64,000 nt of DNA from Callorhinchus milii (taxonomy: Eukaryota). The position numbers were made by a program, and so were the translations under genes. The notes under the pieces were generated by a model. The model had not been told where the DNA came from and made no database searches. It saw nothing but the letters and a program-made list of their open reading frames with translations. Shown in pieces: positions 1 to 13,619 of this stretch; position 1 is the stretch's first letter; every line of letters begins with the position of its first letter. Location of the stretch: assembly GCF_018977255.1 (NCBI RefSeq), contig NW_024704743.1, positions 39,248,001-39,312,000 of the forward strand, in the 5' to 3' direction.

Positions 1-260
1 GCTACGATGTTTTTACTAGAACGTTATTAGAATATGGAATACTCTGCCACAAGGGGCTAATAAAGCTAACAGCATGATGGCATTTAAAAGAGAATTGGGT
101 AAATAATTGAAAAGGAACAGAAAAAGGAAAATTTGGAAAAAGCAAGCAATTGGGATTGTGGTATTTTGGTCCAGTGTTAGTGCCAGCATCAGTGAGTTCA
201 TGAGTTCAAAGGGACAGAAAGATTCCTTCTTTACTGTAATTTCTATGATGCCATGATTCT
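1..260 (+). mobile_element. CR1-clade LINE 3' end fragment
   Basis: Decayed ORF2 C-terminus (…IWNTLPQ…FKRELGK) followed by a TTCTATGAT/CATGATTCT-type terminal repeat. Confidence 0.75.
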
Positions 261-349
261 AGGAGTCCAAAGATACGAAAGTCAGAATTGAGTGGGAAGC
301 AGAGATGATCTCTCAAGTTTCAGGGAAGTCAGGATCATGCAGAAAATAG

Positions 350-752
350 TTAATAATATTGATTTAATATGGTGCCTTTCACACAAGGAGGATGTCTCAA
401 AGAGCATCATAGGATTTTACTGTGAAGTGCAGTGACTTGTGTACATTGTAGACAAACACAGCATCCAATTTGTGCACAGCAATGTCCTATAAACAGCCAT
501 GAAATGAATTATCAATTTTATTTGGAGAAATGTTTGGCAGGACACTGGTAGAAACTCCTTTAACTATCTTAAGAGTCCATCTGAATAGGCAGATGGACCT
601 TGGTTTGCAATCTCATCCAAGGGATAGCACTTCCAACAAAGCCGTTACCCCAACATGGCATTGGTGTGTTAACTTAGCCTTAGACAGAAAGACTTGAATC
701 CGCAACCTTCTAATTCAGAGGTGAGAATGCCACTAACTGAGCTAGGCTGACA
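350..752 (-). mobile_element. tRNA-headed Deu-domain-type SINE, near full length
   Basis: Minus strand reads head TGTCAGCCTAGCTCAGTTAGTGGC…GGATTCAAGTC, a central GGATGAGA…AAACCAAGGTCCATCTGCCTATTCAGATGGAC block and an L2-like tail. It matches other copies in the window (40745, 58625). Confidence 0.75.
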
Positions 753-2022
753 CCCAAAGAATTATTGCCAAAAGTAGTGACTGTTTTTTAAGCAACTGGC
801 TGCAATTGTGCTGCTGGACTGTCATTGATCTTTAGCTTTGATTGAGTAAGCAATCATTATGCCCATAACTGCAAATAATTGTAGAGGAAGATGTATACTG
901 ATGACTGGGGACATTCAGAGCTGCTGTGCTGGAGGAATTACATTGCAAGACCCAGGCGGTTGAAGCAATGGCACTCATTCATTTCAATTGGATTCATGAG
1001 ACTGAATTAAAGAAACAGTAAATCAGAGTTGGATCAAATTTTAGTGGCATATATTTAGATTAACTTAATAAGCATAATTTTCCACATTACAGTCTTGTGC
1101 AATGCACCACTTGTGAGGTTTTAAGTCGTAAGTTATGCTACGTGGTTCAAGGGTCTTGGCCACAGCTGCTGGCACAACTTTCAGAATATTTGCACATTCA
1201 TTCTCGTATGACTGTGCCTTGCAGCTCCATTGGTTGGCATTCTTGAAGACGCTTAAGAGTTATCTGTGAGTTAATTATTCTCATGGTCTCTTACTTATAC
1301 TTTCTGATTTCAATATCCTTAAATCAGCATGATTTCTCGTGGTCTTGCCATTTTATGATAAGATTACAGTTTTCTCCTGGCTCTTTTCTCCCAGCTTATT
1401 CTCCTGTGGCCTGTACCATGTTCTGCTGCACTTATCCTCCTCCACATTGAGCTCCTGAATGCAGACAGACATGTGGCCCTGTGCCACTGGGTAGTTTTAT
1501 ACTCTTGAAATCAAACCATCACTTCACAATTGTATTCTCCATTTAAATAGTGGAAAACTGTAGTAGCAGTTTGGAGTCAAATTTAAACAATAGAGCAAGT
1601 TGGCTTGGATTATCAAAAAATCAAACTGAATTCATGGTTCTGCTTTTTCTCAAAGTACTTACAAAATAATTATAGGAAGAGTCACAAGATGTTACCATTT
1701 CCCTAAACTTTGCAGAAAAATCCGTATTTTTAGAAAGTGTATTTAGATATATACTCTTTAAGCTCTACTTTCAGCCATCTATGTTTCTTCAACATAATAA
1801 AAATGTGTATTATTCATTTTATAAAGTTTCAATTAAATATCAGCTCTAGTAGGAGATGCTTGCGAGCTTTCTGGCAATGGTTTGAAACAGCATAAGATTC
1901 AACTATGCTCCGAAAGAGATTACTTGAAAGGAATCTTTAGCCAGAGTTCACAAATCACAATGAATCTTGGGGGTAAAATAGCCACTAATTTCATTGAAAT
2001 TAAAACTTCAATGAGATTACTG

Positions 2023-2139
2023 AATAATAATTCTGAATAATCCTTGCACTTGACAAAAGGTCTTTCATACCGAGAAGACATTTCAAAGTGCTTCACAGGA
2101 TGTACTGTAATGTACATTGACTGGGTATTGTATAGGCAA
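2023..2139 (-). mobile_element. SINE 3' tail fragment
   Basis: Reverse complement of the shared tail TGTGAAGCACTTTGA…GTGCAAGGATTATT. Confidence 0.65.
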
Positions 2140-2359
2140 TTAAGGAATATGAGTTACACAATTGGGTTACAAAAAGTACAGAACTCCAACCGCACTCACT
2201 CTGGACTGCGCTCTGACACAATCTGCTTCTGGAGTACAGTTCCTGTGCGTCAATGGGAATTAATGTCATTTTGTTTTGTTAAACCTGAAAGCCAGAAAGA
2301 TGAGCTAAAAGGTCAGTAAATCTTTAAGGTATGCCATTTATCTTTTAAGACTTTTATTT

Positions 2360-2750
2360 TGGTCTGTCAAGTATCTGGCACATGCAGAAACTCATCACCA
2401 TGCTTAAAGAGTATCGAAACCAGATTGAGATTTCCATTCATCCCAACTACGGTTGTCAATTTGCCTGTATCTGGAATGGAACATGGACTCTCTCCCCAGA
2501 GAAATACACCCTACTTCCTTAATTCTGCAGAGTATTTGGCGCAGGTTGGAGAAAGCAAGGCTGTGAGGACCCCAGAATGTGTGTTGGGTATTACTGGAGT
2601 TTAACCACTTTAAACCAAATAGCTTGCCATCAGAATCATTTTCTGGACAAGTTTCCCCACACTTGTCCATCTTGGACCACCCTACTTGTTAGGGCTTTGG
2701 CTTGTATAGTTAATGGTAGCCAATTAGGAAGAACCCCCGCCCCAGTGTGG
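2360..2750. repeat. Unclassified dispersed repeat, copy 1 of 3
   Basis: Aligns by eye with 21708-22460 and 56446-57020 (e.g. CACATGC.GAAAC.C.TCAC.ATGCTTAA, CTGGAGTTTA, GGAAGAA). Confidence 0.7.
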
Positions 2751-3489
2751 TCTGCCTGCCATCCTTCTGCCAAGCTCTAAAGAGTGGCTGTAAGATTGAA
2801 ACAGTGGCTTAAAAATAAAATCTTGATTTTTTTTCGTAAATTATTCCACATAGTTACCAGAAAGTTGAGATAGTGGATGTATTGATTTGTTTAATGAAGA
2901 AATCCCAGACTCATGAATTCACTCATGTATGAGGGTTTGGCACCCATTCCAGGTCTCAGAGCTTGAATAGGGCAATTGGGGGCAAACAGACAGTTCTATA
3001 AATCTCTTCCAACTTGAGCTCTTAACTGTAAAGTTATGAAATGCCGCAACCTGGTGATATGGATAAGATGAAATGACCTTAGGACTAACTGCAACCCAGA
3101 AGAAGAAATGACACAATGCATTGTGTAGGGGTGGAATATATAACTTGCTGTCATTGTTCTTTTAACCTGGCCTTAGAATGCTAGCTTGCAAAATGGATCC
3201 CAGTTACTCAGTATCATGTGGTGATCCCATGTAACCCTATCAGCTGAATATATGCCACATAACCAAAAAGAGTGATACCTTGTGGTTCTGTTGCAAGTTG
3301 GTACTCAGTACAAATCAAGGCTAAGGGGAGGCTTCAAGATTGGAAGTTGTAAATTTCACATTGATGCAATGGGGGGATGCACTTCTGAGGCTGTAGATGA
3401 GGCATATTGTTAAGACGTAATTTCTAAATTGGAATGTAGTTTCCTAAATTGGAATGATGCATTTCCATTTGGCATCAAATAATTTTATG

Positions 3490-3672
3490 CAATAATAATG
3501 TTTTTGGTCACTCAATCCACTAGCGTTTGTGGGACACTGCTGTGCCCAGTTGGCTGCCTTGTTTCAACCACAAAATATACAGTCAATTCACTTTACACTA
3601 TATTCTGTGAAGCCTTTGAGATGTCTCAAAGACATGATAAGGTGCTATATCAAGTGCAAGTATTATTATTAA
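3490..3672 (+). mobile_element. SINE 3' half (tRNA-Ala-headed family)
   Basis: TTTGTGGGACACTGCTGTG…ATATACAGTCAATTCACTTTACA…TGTGAAGC…GCAAG(TAT)n, as in the full copies. Confidence 0.8.
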
Positions 3673-4302
3673 TAGGGGGAGCTTCACTTTGTACCTAACC
3701 ATGCTATCCAAAAATGTAGTTTTTTTTCCCCCATGGGTGGGGGGGGAAACAATTCTGGATTTTTAAAAACATTTTACTAAAATACCTTTCAATCCTCAAT
3801 GTTTAAGTAGAATTCATATCAAAACTAGTTATTGCAACTAGGCTTTTTTATAGAAGACGCACAAACTGGTTGTTTCACTTGAGGTTGGCTATTTTAGTTG
3901 CACACTACTTTCCTTTTGCAAAACACCCTTGGTTTTGGCATAAATATTCAGCTGTTCTGCCCTTTTTTATTTTATGGGCTGAGATTAAACCAGTGTTATT
4001 TTATAACATTAACTATAGATGAAATTTTACTTTAACTAGGACCAATTTGTATACTCGCTGTAAACACAAGTTTTAGCTTGATAATTATTTCACTCTGGGA
4101 TCTTGTGATGAAGAAACTGTTTTGCTCATTTTATGTATGTACCAATCTTTGACTGCTTCCTCTTTCTAGCTTTGCTGCATTAACTCAATGCTATGATTAA
4201 TAAAATGAGTATTGAGGAGCTGTTAAGAAATTAAGAAGTTTGTTTGGAGACAAATCTATGTTTTGAAAATGTTTGAGCTTTCAAGCATAATGTTGGAGAA
4301 TC

Positions 4303-4530
4303 GGGGCACCCCGGATGGTATAGTGGATAGAGATACAGTTTACAGACCAGGAACTTGCTGGTTCAATGCCATGCTGCTTTTGCTCATCTTAGCCAGGGCT
4401 GAATAGAGAGGATGAATTGGCCTTGGATAGGTTACCAGTGACCACAGAATCGCACCCCAACAAGAGGAAACCAGACCAAGAGCAGAGAGGCATGACTCAA
4501 CGACAGCATTCTGTGTTGACTCTGAATCAG
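4303..4530 (+). mobile_element. Old SINE of a third family (head and body fragment)
   Basis: A-box-like GGTATAGTGG and B-box-like GGTTCAATGCC, followed by GCTCATCTTAGCC, which resembles the minus-strand element at 35190-35520. Confidence 0.45.
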
Positions 4531-4550
4531 AAGGATGTGGCTTTAAGATC

Positions 4551-4748
4551 TGCACAGTCTTAAAATTTAAGAAAATTCTTAAATGCATTCTTCATGTGAA
4601 ATCCATTTTTCCAGGTATTAAAAAGAAACTGGAACAGAAAGAGAACGCAGATTAAGACAGAATTTAGGAATTTTCCATAATTACGTGTCATCTTCAATTT
4701 TAAGATGAAAGTGGCTTTATAGCCTAAGGCTGGGTGGAATTTCAGGCT
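4551..4748. mobile_element. Palindromic MITE-like element
   Basis: Ends in GGTGGAATTTCAGGC and shares AAAAAGAAACTGG…AAGACAGAATTTA…CATCTTCAATT with the copies at 36320 and 50396. Confidence 0.6.
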
Positions 4749-5799
4749 TATAGTTGATGATCTGGAAGGGCCCATCTGCTGCTGTTCCTTTCTCGTCATG
4801 TTGAGATAAGACTTCTACACGAAACAGTGTCCCAAGACGGTAATCCACTTGGTTATGATATTCTGCGTGTTTGACAATGACGGCAAAGTTCGGGCAGTTT
4901 ATACAGTCACCGTGACCTTTGTAGTGTGTTATGGTCATTACGTTCCTTGAATTGTATGAGTTTGTTTACTTCTGCAATTCCTCATCTGATTGAGAACACA
5001 TGACCTGAGGGTGTGGTTCACATATTGATGCAAATCTTTCACTGTATCACCAATGCTTCCTGTCATATGATGTGTTACAAGTTATTTTTACAATGTTTGT
5101 TACACTATTTGCTGCTGATTATTACAGCAATGTCACTTTACCAGCTGTGACATATTTCCAGAAACATCTACTCTTTATACAAAAAAATCTCCATTTGTAA
5201 CGGAAGTGAGCCTATTATTGAACAATTTGGCTCGTTGATTCTTTCTCTTTCCCTTTGCATCTTTCTTTCTCTATAACTCTGTCTTTCTCACTTTGCCTTT
5301 CTTTCTCTTTCTTTTTCTGACTGCACATGTCTTAACTTTCTATTTTGTTGTTCGTCAGCCAGATGTTCTTCAGAGAGCGAGTTGCCTCCTTGAAGGGCAT
5401 ATGGTGCTGAGTCAACTCTCAGTAATTGGCTTAGGAATCTGATGTCTGCACTACACAGATCTAAAGTAGTCCATGGCACTGTTTTATCATTGTGTGGCCT
5501 TACTGGCTCATCAATGGGTCTTGGAATAGTAGACAGCTACTGATAATCAAGGCTACACTTTAAGAGGTGGCCTGCTACAGAGCAGGAACTTACAAGCGCT
5601 TCATATTAATAAATAGTGCAGAATCAGCTGCTGAAGGTATAGCAATTCCCCAACATGCATCTTGAAGACTCTTGCATGGAACATCTTAAAAAGGAAAGGG
5701 ATTTCAGTGCATGCCAGAACAAATGTTGGAGGGGCTGTCTACCATAGTATTAAATATTACATTTCCTGAAAGGAGGTAGTGTTTAGAAGGTTTTAATTT

Positions 5800-5945
5800 A
5801 GATAATAATAATAGTTTATTATTCATTTGCATTTGACATAGCGCCTTGTCACGTCGTTGAAGACGTCTCAAAGAGCTTCAGTGAATATACTGTAAAGTGA
5901 ATTGACTGTAAAGTTTGTATGCAATTGTGCACAGTAGTGTCCGAT
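5800..5945 (-). mobile_element. SINE 3' tail fragment
   Basis: GCATTTGACATAGCGCCTTGTCACGTC…GACGTCTCAAAG…ACTGTAAAGTGAATTGACTGTA is the reverse complement of the family tail. Confidence 0.75.
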
Positions 5946-6489
5946 AAAAAGATCTGCAAGAACCTATGAATGACTATTCTAAATTCCTTTTAAAATGTTT
6001 GATGAAAATAAGATTCCTTATTCCAAAATAAGAAATGTGTGAGGTAAGTTTCGATTCCCATGAATTCCCCATATAGATAATCTAATTCCATCCAATGACA
6101 AGTGGAAGTCAAGAGAATTATCCCCATTATGACATTTACAGTAACTTGTTGCAAAATGTCTTGATTTATCATAATCCAGATTTAAAAAAGGTTCTTCCTG
6201 TTACTATTTTAACGTGTTGCTTTAAACAAACCCACTAAAACAAACCCGATTCAATGCAAAATTGGCTAGATTAGATAGTTTAGTTCGACAGAGTAACCAG
6301 TTCAGGTAGATTTGGTAGGCCTGACTAATCTATTAAAATGGATAAAGAATGTTCTTACTCTTTTTCAATCTTTCATTAAATATACCAAATATACGATAAT
6401 CTTAACATTCATAATGCAGTAAAATATTCAACAAGAAACTGAATCAAATGTCAGAAGGCAATGATCTCCTGATTTTACTCGTAACTACC

Positions 6490-6965
6490 CCAAAACTTTT
6501 CACTTTGTCTCTTCAAACGGCTTCTCCTCCAGTCCCTGCAACTCTTTAATATCTACGTGCTTGGCGATGTCATCCACAGCCATAGGGATAACTTCCACAT
6601 GTATGTGGATGACGCCCAACTCTATCTCTCTACCTCCACCCTCGACTCCAGGACCACTGTTATTCTGATCTGACAGTTCTGACAATGACATTGTTTTGGA
6701 CATCAAGTCTTGGATGAGCGCTAAATTTCTTCAGTTGAATGTCAACAAGACAGAGGCTCTCCTGCTTGCCTCCTGTTAGTGCTTTCCCACTACAGTTGCT
6801 GATAGAATCAAACTACTTGGATGCACTTAGCTTTTGTGGAACCTTGGTTTCTTGATCGATTCTCAACTGTCCTTTAAACCTCACATTCGTGCTATGACCC
6901 ACTCAGCTTTTCCCCACTTCCATAACATTGCCCACCTCTGCTACTACCTTTCTCCTTGAGCTTGT
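6490..6965 (+). mobile_element. L2-clade LINE reverse-transcriptase fragment
   Basis: Encodes NFHMYVDDAQLYLS (YADD-type motif) and FLQLNVNKTEALL, with frameshifts. Confidence 0.85.
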
Positions 6966-6990
6966 CAGACTACCCATCTCCTCTTCCAGT

Positions 6991-7155
6991 GAAATGCTTT
7001 CAGACTCCAGACATGAAAGAAGTTGTATCAAATTATAAGCATTATTAATATTACCTTCTCCATGACATCTTTTCTTTTCTTGCTCATGGTTCTTTTCCAA
7101 ACTTATGAGCCGTTACAGCTTGCCTCACTTTGATGGGGTAATCATCAAGCTGCAG
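6991..7155 (+). repeat. Local duplication, copy 1
   Basis: Direct repeat of 8334-8493, with about 15 substitutions and one 5-bp indel counted by eye. Confidence 0.85.
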
Positions 7156-7907
7156 ACTGACCAGGGCTCCTGATGTGAATGGCATGATATAAATGTAAAT
7201 TTGTATTTATTGTAACAGGACCTATGTGGTCAGTTCAGAATCTCTGGACTATCCTAGTATTATTTTTATAGTTTGAATTTCCTTCTGGTCATTGGTTTGC
7301 ATGTGTTTCTTGATGGTTTATTCTTTAATTTGCATTTGATTTTTTGTTCCCTTTGATTCTCTCTGGACAAACACCATATGCAAATGAGCCAGTGGGCAGA
7401 CCATATGTTCTCACACATCTGCCAAAGATACTCTGAAACCATAAGGTCAATACTAGTGTCTGGGATAACCATGATTTTCCCCTCCCCCGTGTGGTTGCCT
7501 AATTCTACAGCAGAGTTTGATGATTCAGTGGAATACCAATCGAACTTCAGTCTCATATTGATGCTCCAATGAGCTATCAAACACTTGTTTATTTAAATTC
7601 TAGTAATTTACTTCTGGCCTCCAGTCTACAATGCTTGGATAATCAATTTAACAACTCCACAGTCATGTAATTGATTTTATTGTCTTTTATTTTCTGCTTT
7701 GTGTCTAGTACTCAGTCTCACACATTGATTTGCTCCCTTGATTCTTTTGTACTCATAGCTGATTAAACCAATCTAACATATTCACCTAACATTGCAAGGT
7801 TTGTCCATTGTGAAGTGATATCAAAAACAAATACAGGATAGTATCATTTGACTGAACCAAATGATTGATAACATTATGATTTTATTTTAGTGAGTTACTC
7901 ATTTACC

Positions 7908-8030
7908 TTCAGTCTGTCTCAGTTGGTAGCTCTCTCGCCTGTGAGCCAGAAGATTGTGGGTTCAAGCCCCACTTTGGGACTTTCAACTCACACAATCTAA
8001 GTTGACACTCCAATACAGTGCAGGGGTGTA
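7908..8030 (+). mobile_element. Deu-type SINE head fragment
   Basis: CTCAGTTGGTAGC…GAGCCAGAAGATTGTGGGTTCAAGCCCCACT (A and B boxes). Confidence 0.7.
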
Positions 8031-8049
8031 ATGTATTTTTACATAGCAA

Positions 8050-8290
8050 CCTGTCCATTTCCTCTCCTCAGCAGGCCTGTCCAAACAACATCAGTTGGGC
8101 CTTCAGTCTCTCTGCCCCCACCCTTTTGAACTCTCCCACATTCCCTTCACCTTGTTCCTTCCCTTCCTCCTTCAGGGCATGCCTCAAGACTCTCCTCTTT
8201 GACTGCGCCTTCAGATACCTTCCTACCCTCCTTGCCTCCACTTTCTTGATCCCAACACCCTCCTTCCCCCCGCCTGAGTCCAAATCCCTG
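8050..8290 (+). mobile_element. L2 3' fragment
   Basis: Encodes AFSLSAPTLLNS…FRACLKTLLFDCAF, the L2 ORF2 C-terminus. Confidence 0.8.
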
Positions 8291-8333
8291 GCTGTTGTGT
8301 TCACCTGCAAATATACTTTATAGTATGTCCAAG

Positions 8334-8493
8334 GAAGTGCTTTCAGATTCCAGACATGAAAGATGCTGTATCAATTTGTAAGCATTATTAATATTACCTT
8401 CTGCATGACATCTTTTCTTGCTCATGGTTCTTTTCCAAGCTTATGAGCCATTACAGTTTGTCTCACTTTGACGGGGTAATCATCAATTTGTAG
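8334..8493 (+). repeat. Local duplication, copy 2
   Basis: Direct repeat of 6991-7155. Confidence 0.85.
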
Positions 8494-9029
8494 GCATTTG
8501 CCTGGGAATACAATTACAGTTGACTGCAATTACCCATGAAGTGCTTTGAGACAGTTCAACAATATAGGCACTGTATCAGACGTAAGGATTATTATTTATA
8601 TTCAGTTGATGCTTCTCCAATGATTCATGAATAAGTTTGCACCAGTAGTTTTGCAAAAAACTATGGCAGATCCATTTGCATCCATGGGTTTTTAATGATA
8701 TATAAATGGTCTACTTTGATTGCTTTGCCATTATTTTTCTTTGCAGTGTTATTATGCGTCATTATTTTGTAATTGAATTAGCTAATCATAAAAGTCTATT
8801 GGGAAACAACAGCCAAAATTGCATCTGAGTTTCATCTGTCTGTCTCAAAAAATACCAGTACTGGAATTTGTGATTCTTTGGTATAAAAGGAAAAGTATTT
8901 TGTTGATGTCAAAAGTGACCTCTTTAACTACGTTAACTTTATGTTGCATGTCAGCAACCAAAGCCACTCATCAATCTCAGTAGCTGTTCTGTTTAACAAC
9001 AAATCTTCTGTAAAGTCCACATCGAATGG

Positions 9030-9345
9030 TGGAGTCCTGCAGCTCAGTGGTTAGAGCATTCGCTTTGCAAGCGAGAGACCTGAGTTCAATTCCAGGCAGG
9101 GCGAAACCTTGGGCAAGTTTCCTTACTCCACACACCTAATAATAATCCCTCCAAAACCAAAAACAATACTAAATTGGTCATTTTCAATCTACGACTGTTT
9201 GTGGGACATTGCTGTGCGCAATTGGCTGCCGCGTTCGCCCACAAATATATACAGTCAATTCACTTTACAGTCTGTTCTGTGAAGCGCTTTGGGACATCCT
9301 CCCGACGTGAGAAGCGCTATATCAAATGCAAGGATTATTATTATT
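9030..9345 (+). mobile_element. Young full-length tRNA-Ala-headed SINE, short subfamily
   Basis: A box AGCTCAGTGG, anticodon-like arm CGCTTTGCAAGCG, B box GAGTTCAATTCC, L2-type tail and (ATT)n end. Nearly identical to 49829-50141. Confidence 0.9.
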
Positions 9346-10139
9346 TATAGGTTAGCTTGCTGGCAACCAGAATGTGTCTCATCATGTCACTCAACACTTT
9401 ATTTACCAGGAAACATTAAGACTCTATTCTTTTCTATTATTTCTATATATGTACTCTTCTATTCATATTATGCTAAACCATGAAGGCAATTTACGAAAGA
9501 TTTCTCTTGATCTTATCCTGAAGCCAGTTAGATGAATTTATTTACGTGCATTTACAAAGCATTACTGTGTTGGATTTTGCAATTCAAGCCAACAATCATT
9601 TTGACACTAGTACCCTCAAGCTGGCATCAATATTAAGTCTGAGCTTCCCACTTCTCTTTACTGTACTGTACTGTACTGTTTTAAGACAGTGCATTTGTAT
9701 TTGGAGGTTGAACGAATAAGGAACACATATATTCTGCCACATTTGTTCAACTTCTACCTTCAAATCTTGCTGGAAGAGATAATAGTTTGGGAACATTTTC
9801 TGCAAAATATTTATTTTGTGGGCAGCAATTTCCATTTCCCTGTTGTATGTAACATCTTGCAATCTTTGGCTGATTAGTCCTCAACATACAACCAATGCTA
9901 ACATCTAATTTTAAAATTTGGATCAATTGCTGTCAGTTCTCATTCAAATTTGTCCTAGGGACAAATATGAATGACCCCTGATTACCCCTTTTTTCATTGT
10001 TGCATGGATCTTTCGTCATAGATCTGCTTCAAACTCAGTACAGTTGTTTGATGTGGCTGACTTGTTTGTTGGAATTCCAGGTAAGGGAATGGAAAGCTCA
10101 TTGCATATAAGTGCAGAGACCTTGGAGTCTAGTTTAATA

Positions 10140-10300
10140 CAGAAACACACCTAGCTTATTGGTTTGGATAAAGAAGGCCCTATGACCCATACATCCTCAT
10201 CCGTCCAAAACACTGACCCAACTGCCCCCCCGATAACTGCATCAAGCTGCTTTTTAAATCAGTTAAGTGTCCTGGCCTCAACCACCTTTCCTGGCAAGTG
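10140..10300 (-). mobile_element. CR1 3' fragment
   Basis: Minus strand encodes LPGKVVEART…FKKQLD, followed by a CR1-like 3' UTR. Confidence 0.65.
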
Positions 10301-12939
10301 ACCAATGTGTCCAGGTTCATTTCGAGAGTTGTGTCCCCAGATTTAGCACCCTAAATACAATGGGAAGAACTAAGTCACCAAGATTCAGTGGTACAATAAA
10401 CTTGAAAGGGTGATACTACAGTGTTATTTTTCACCAGTTGGATAAATAGGTAATCACTTGTAACAGGAGGGTGGACTGCATTCAAAGAACAAAGAGATTA
10501 TATCTATTGTAGGTAACCTATCATTACACCAAAGTGATTTTCATTTCATGAATCAGTTAGACTTTTGGTTGCTTTCTACAATCATTCAGAAAAAGGGTAA
10601 ACGTACTGATTATTTTTTAAAGTAATGTCCAACAGTTCAGAGGAACATTTTACAAAGCAAGGGACAAGACATCTACTGGTCTTGGACCCAAAGTTTTATA
10701 TTTGCAATCAACACTAGTAGAGGCCATAGTACTCTCATAAATGTCATTAGAAATGAAGGGCTGGATGTTATCTCCAACAAAAGCATCTATTGTACCATGG
10801 TTGATTGTGATTTTAAAAAAAAGGTTCATCATGTTGGAATGTGAATAAGTGTGTGTTTGCAACTATTATTAATCATTGGATTTTGATATTGTGCCGTACG
10901 TATCATATTGTTGAACATCTCAAAGTGCTTCACAGAATATACTGTAGAATGGATTGACTGTGTATTTTGGGGGCAATCTGCAATTCAAACTTTTGAATTC
11001 TGCAGGAAGGGCAGCAATTATTCAAATGTATCTTTAAACAATATGTGGCGCAGGTCAGGTTGGTCTGACTCTACTGTAGACAGGCACCAGATCAGTTTGT
11101 TCTTATAAAATCCTATTGATGCATTAATCCCTAATTATTCAATTGTGAAATGAGATTTCTGCTCCCCCTGTATTGGATTTTATCGCTATCCATTTTCCAC
11201 CGTTGAAATTAAGACTGTCTGGGGTTTATGTTTGTGGTAGTCCGTAATAGATTGAATTTTATGGCATCTATTCTGTCCTTTAGTGCAACTATAATTTTTT
11301 TGAAAATGAGGAAAAATTAAGCCCTCAAAAGAAGTGAACTGGGTGAGCGAACATGGTACTTAAGTGCACAGCTGTTCAGGAATGTTGAGTACATTTTGTG
11401 CACTGGTTGTCTTATATTGTCTTTACAATTCACTTTCCTTATTGCCGAATGTGAGGGATATAATCCTGTTAAGAAAATTGCATTTTTTAAACATTCCATT
11501 TGCCGATTTGGACAGCTGAAGGTTTTAACTTTAGTTTGCTTTTGGATTACTTTCACTTGTGCTTTCTCTTTTTGCAGATGGATTTTAAACAACTGACAGA
11601 ATGCTTTAGGTTTGCTTCTTTGGCAGTATTAAATTATATTTGCAGACTACTTGAAGAGTTCCATGTAAGAGTTCAATATGGAAACCTGGCATGACCATCC
11701 CAATTGAGTCACTTATTCTGAGAACTTGGAAGTGAAACCAAATAATCTTGCAGCTATGCATTTGTAAAGAAAATCCAACAATAGGATCTAATTTGCAGTA
11801 TTTCTTAATGGTGTTCCTTAATAAGAAATCTGAGTCACTGAAGTGTTACAAGTCACACTTCTTACAGTAACCAGTCGTACATCATGATTACCCAGTGACC
11901 TCCGCTCTGATGTAATTTACTTATGGAACTGAGTCCACTTGTGTTGAGGGAAATTCTATGAGGATTCCTTACTTAGAAATACAACTGTTGATGGATACCA
12001 CAAGTTGGACCCCATTGTTGACACATTAGGAACTGGACAATGAAATTGGCAGATCTGCTCCGGGGTTAATCTGCATAATTATATTGATGTAAATGCATTT
12101 GAATATGGCGGAAGTCAGCAAGGTTGGCCCTTACTGCTATAAATATTAGCATTTAAAGCATTTAAATGAAATTATGGTCAATATTAGTATATAAACAGAT
12201 GTAAATTGTATGGTACATGATCTAAACTTATTAACACTTTTATTGAACTACCACCTAAAAATACAGATTTAGCAGTTTTACTTGACTGATTATTCACCTC
12301 TTGACTATTCGTGAGACTTCATGGCACAAATGGCTGCTATGTTACTGATAGAAAAACAATCAATAAATGTGGTAGTAATTGCTTGTCAAGCTCTTGAGAA
12401 CTTTCAAAGTAAGTTCTTCTTTTCCTACCAAACTTTAAATAGCTGCTCTTGCACAACGTTGTATTGCTTTAAATCCAAATATTTCTCTTCATTACTGGAT
12501 TTAAATTAACATTTTCTGTTCCAAGGCTCTGAGTGCATGTTTACAGATTGAGCAAATTGTAAAAAAGCTCATTAACTCATCAAGGATCATTGGATTCAGA
12601 AAGCCAATTAATGTGATCCATGTAACGAAGAGTGGTTTGGAGTGCCACAAGACTGTGAAGCTCCTAGAGCATTAAACAAATTTCAGCTGTGAGTCCAACT
12701 CTTAACAGTCACCTGAAGCCTATCACATTACTCTGACAATATTATTCAAACAAGCTATTTTATTAATAAATAACAAAATACCAGCAAACGTTCTTAAATT
12801 TTGCTTTGCCAGAAGCTTCTCGTACATAGAAGATACGGATGCACATAAACCACTTTTCTGAGATTCAAAATCAGACCAAATTTATTTGAGAACTGATGTG
12901 GAGCAGATCATATTCAGTTCAGATTTCAGTCTGGTTTTC

Positions 12940-13372
12940 AACAACAACAAGATTCCATTTATAGAGCGCCTTTCACGTCGGGAGGATGTCCCAAGGCGCT
13001 GGACAGTTGGGTCAGGACCCGAGCAGGGGGGAAATGGTCAGGGTGAGGGAAGAGAGGGAGCGAGGCGGGGGTAGAGAGTCAAGAGGGGAGCTGAAGGCAC
13101 GGTCAAAGAGAAAGGTCTTGAGACCGGCCTTGAAGGAGGAAAGGGAGGAGGGAAGGCGAAGACACTGGGGGATGGAGTTCCAGAGCCTAGGGGCTGAGAG
13201 GCTGAAGGCCCGGCCACCGATGGTAGGGCAGTTGGGGCGGGGGATGTGGAGCAGACCGGAGCCAGAGGAACGGAGGGTACGGGCAGGTAAATAGGGGGAT
13301 AGTAGGTCGGAGAGGTAGGAGGGAGCAAGACCGTGAATGGCCTTGTAGGTGAGGATGAGGATCTTGAATTTT
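12940..13372 (-). mobile_element. Young L2 3' end, 5'-truncated
   Basis: Encodes FKILILTYKAIHGLAPSYLSDLL…GGRAFSLSAPRLWNSIP…FKAGLKTFLFDRAF, is CpG-rich and has a (GTT)n tail. Confidence 0.92.
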
Positions 13373-13619
13373 TTCACTTTATTATGTGATTTTCTGGTTG
13401 GAAGTTTGGCAGTTATTATGTTACTAGAGTGTCCCAGCGAGAGCTCCATCTCATAAATAATAAAGGTGATAGGAATATTCGTCTCCAAATCCTTAATAAG
13501 GAATCCGAGTCACTCAAATGGGGACTTCTTTCAACAATAGGAAATTTATCATGTTGACTTGTAGAAACTTTGCTCAACTTCTGAATTGGAGTACCAATAG
13601 GGTTGACGGAAATTCTAAT

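Noticed and set aside
4717..4938. Natural-looking 73-aa minus-strand ORF in a CpG-retaining stretch
   Set aside because: There is an in-frame stop 10 codons upstream, no clear splice sites and no recognisable family, and its end runs into a MITE terminus.
9031..9105. tRNA-Ala-like cloverleaf (also at 33614, 49829 and 57970)
   Set aside because: It continues directly into a SINE body and tail, has no oligo-T terminator and occurs as multiple diverged copies; it is a SINE head, not a tRNA gene.
11578..11664. Possible 87-nt cassette exon in the BASP1 intron (strong acceptor, ATG)
   Set aside because: The donor CAT|GTAAGA is weak, and splicing to 18329 would give only an out-of-frame uORF. It is unsupported without transcript data.
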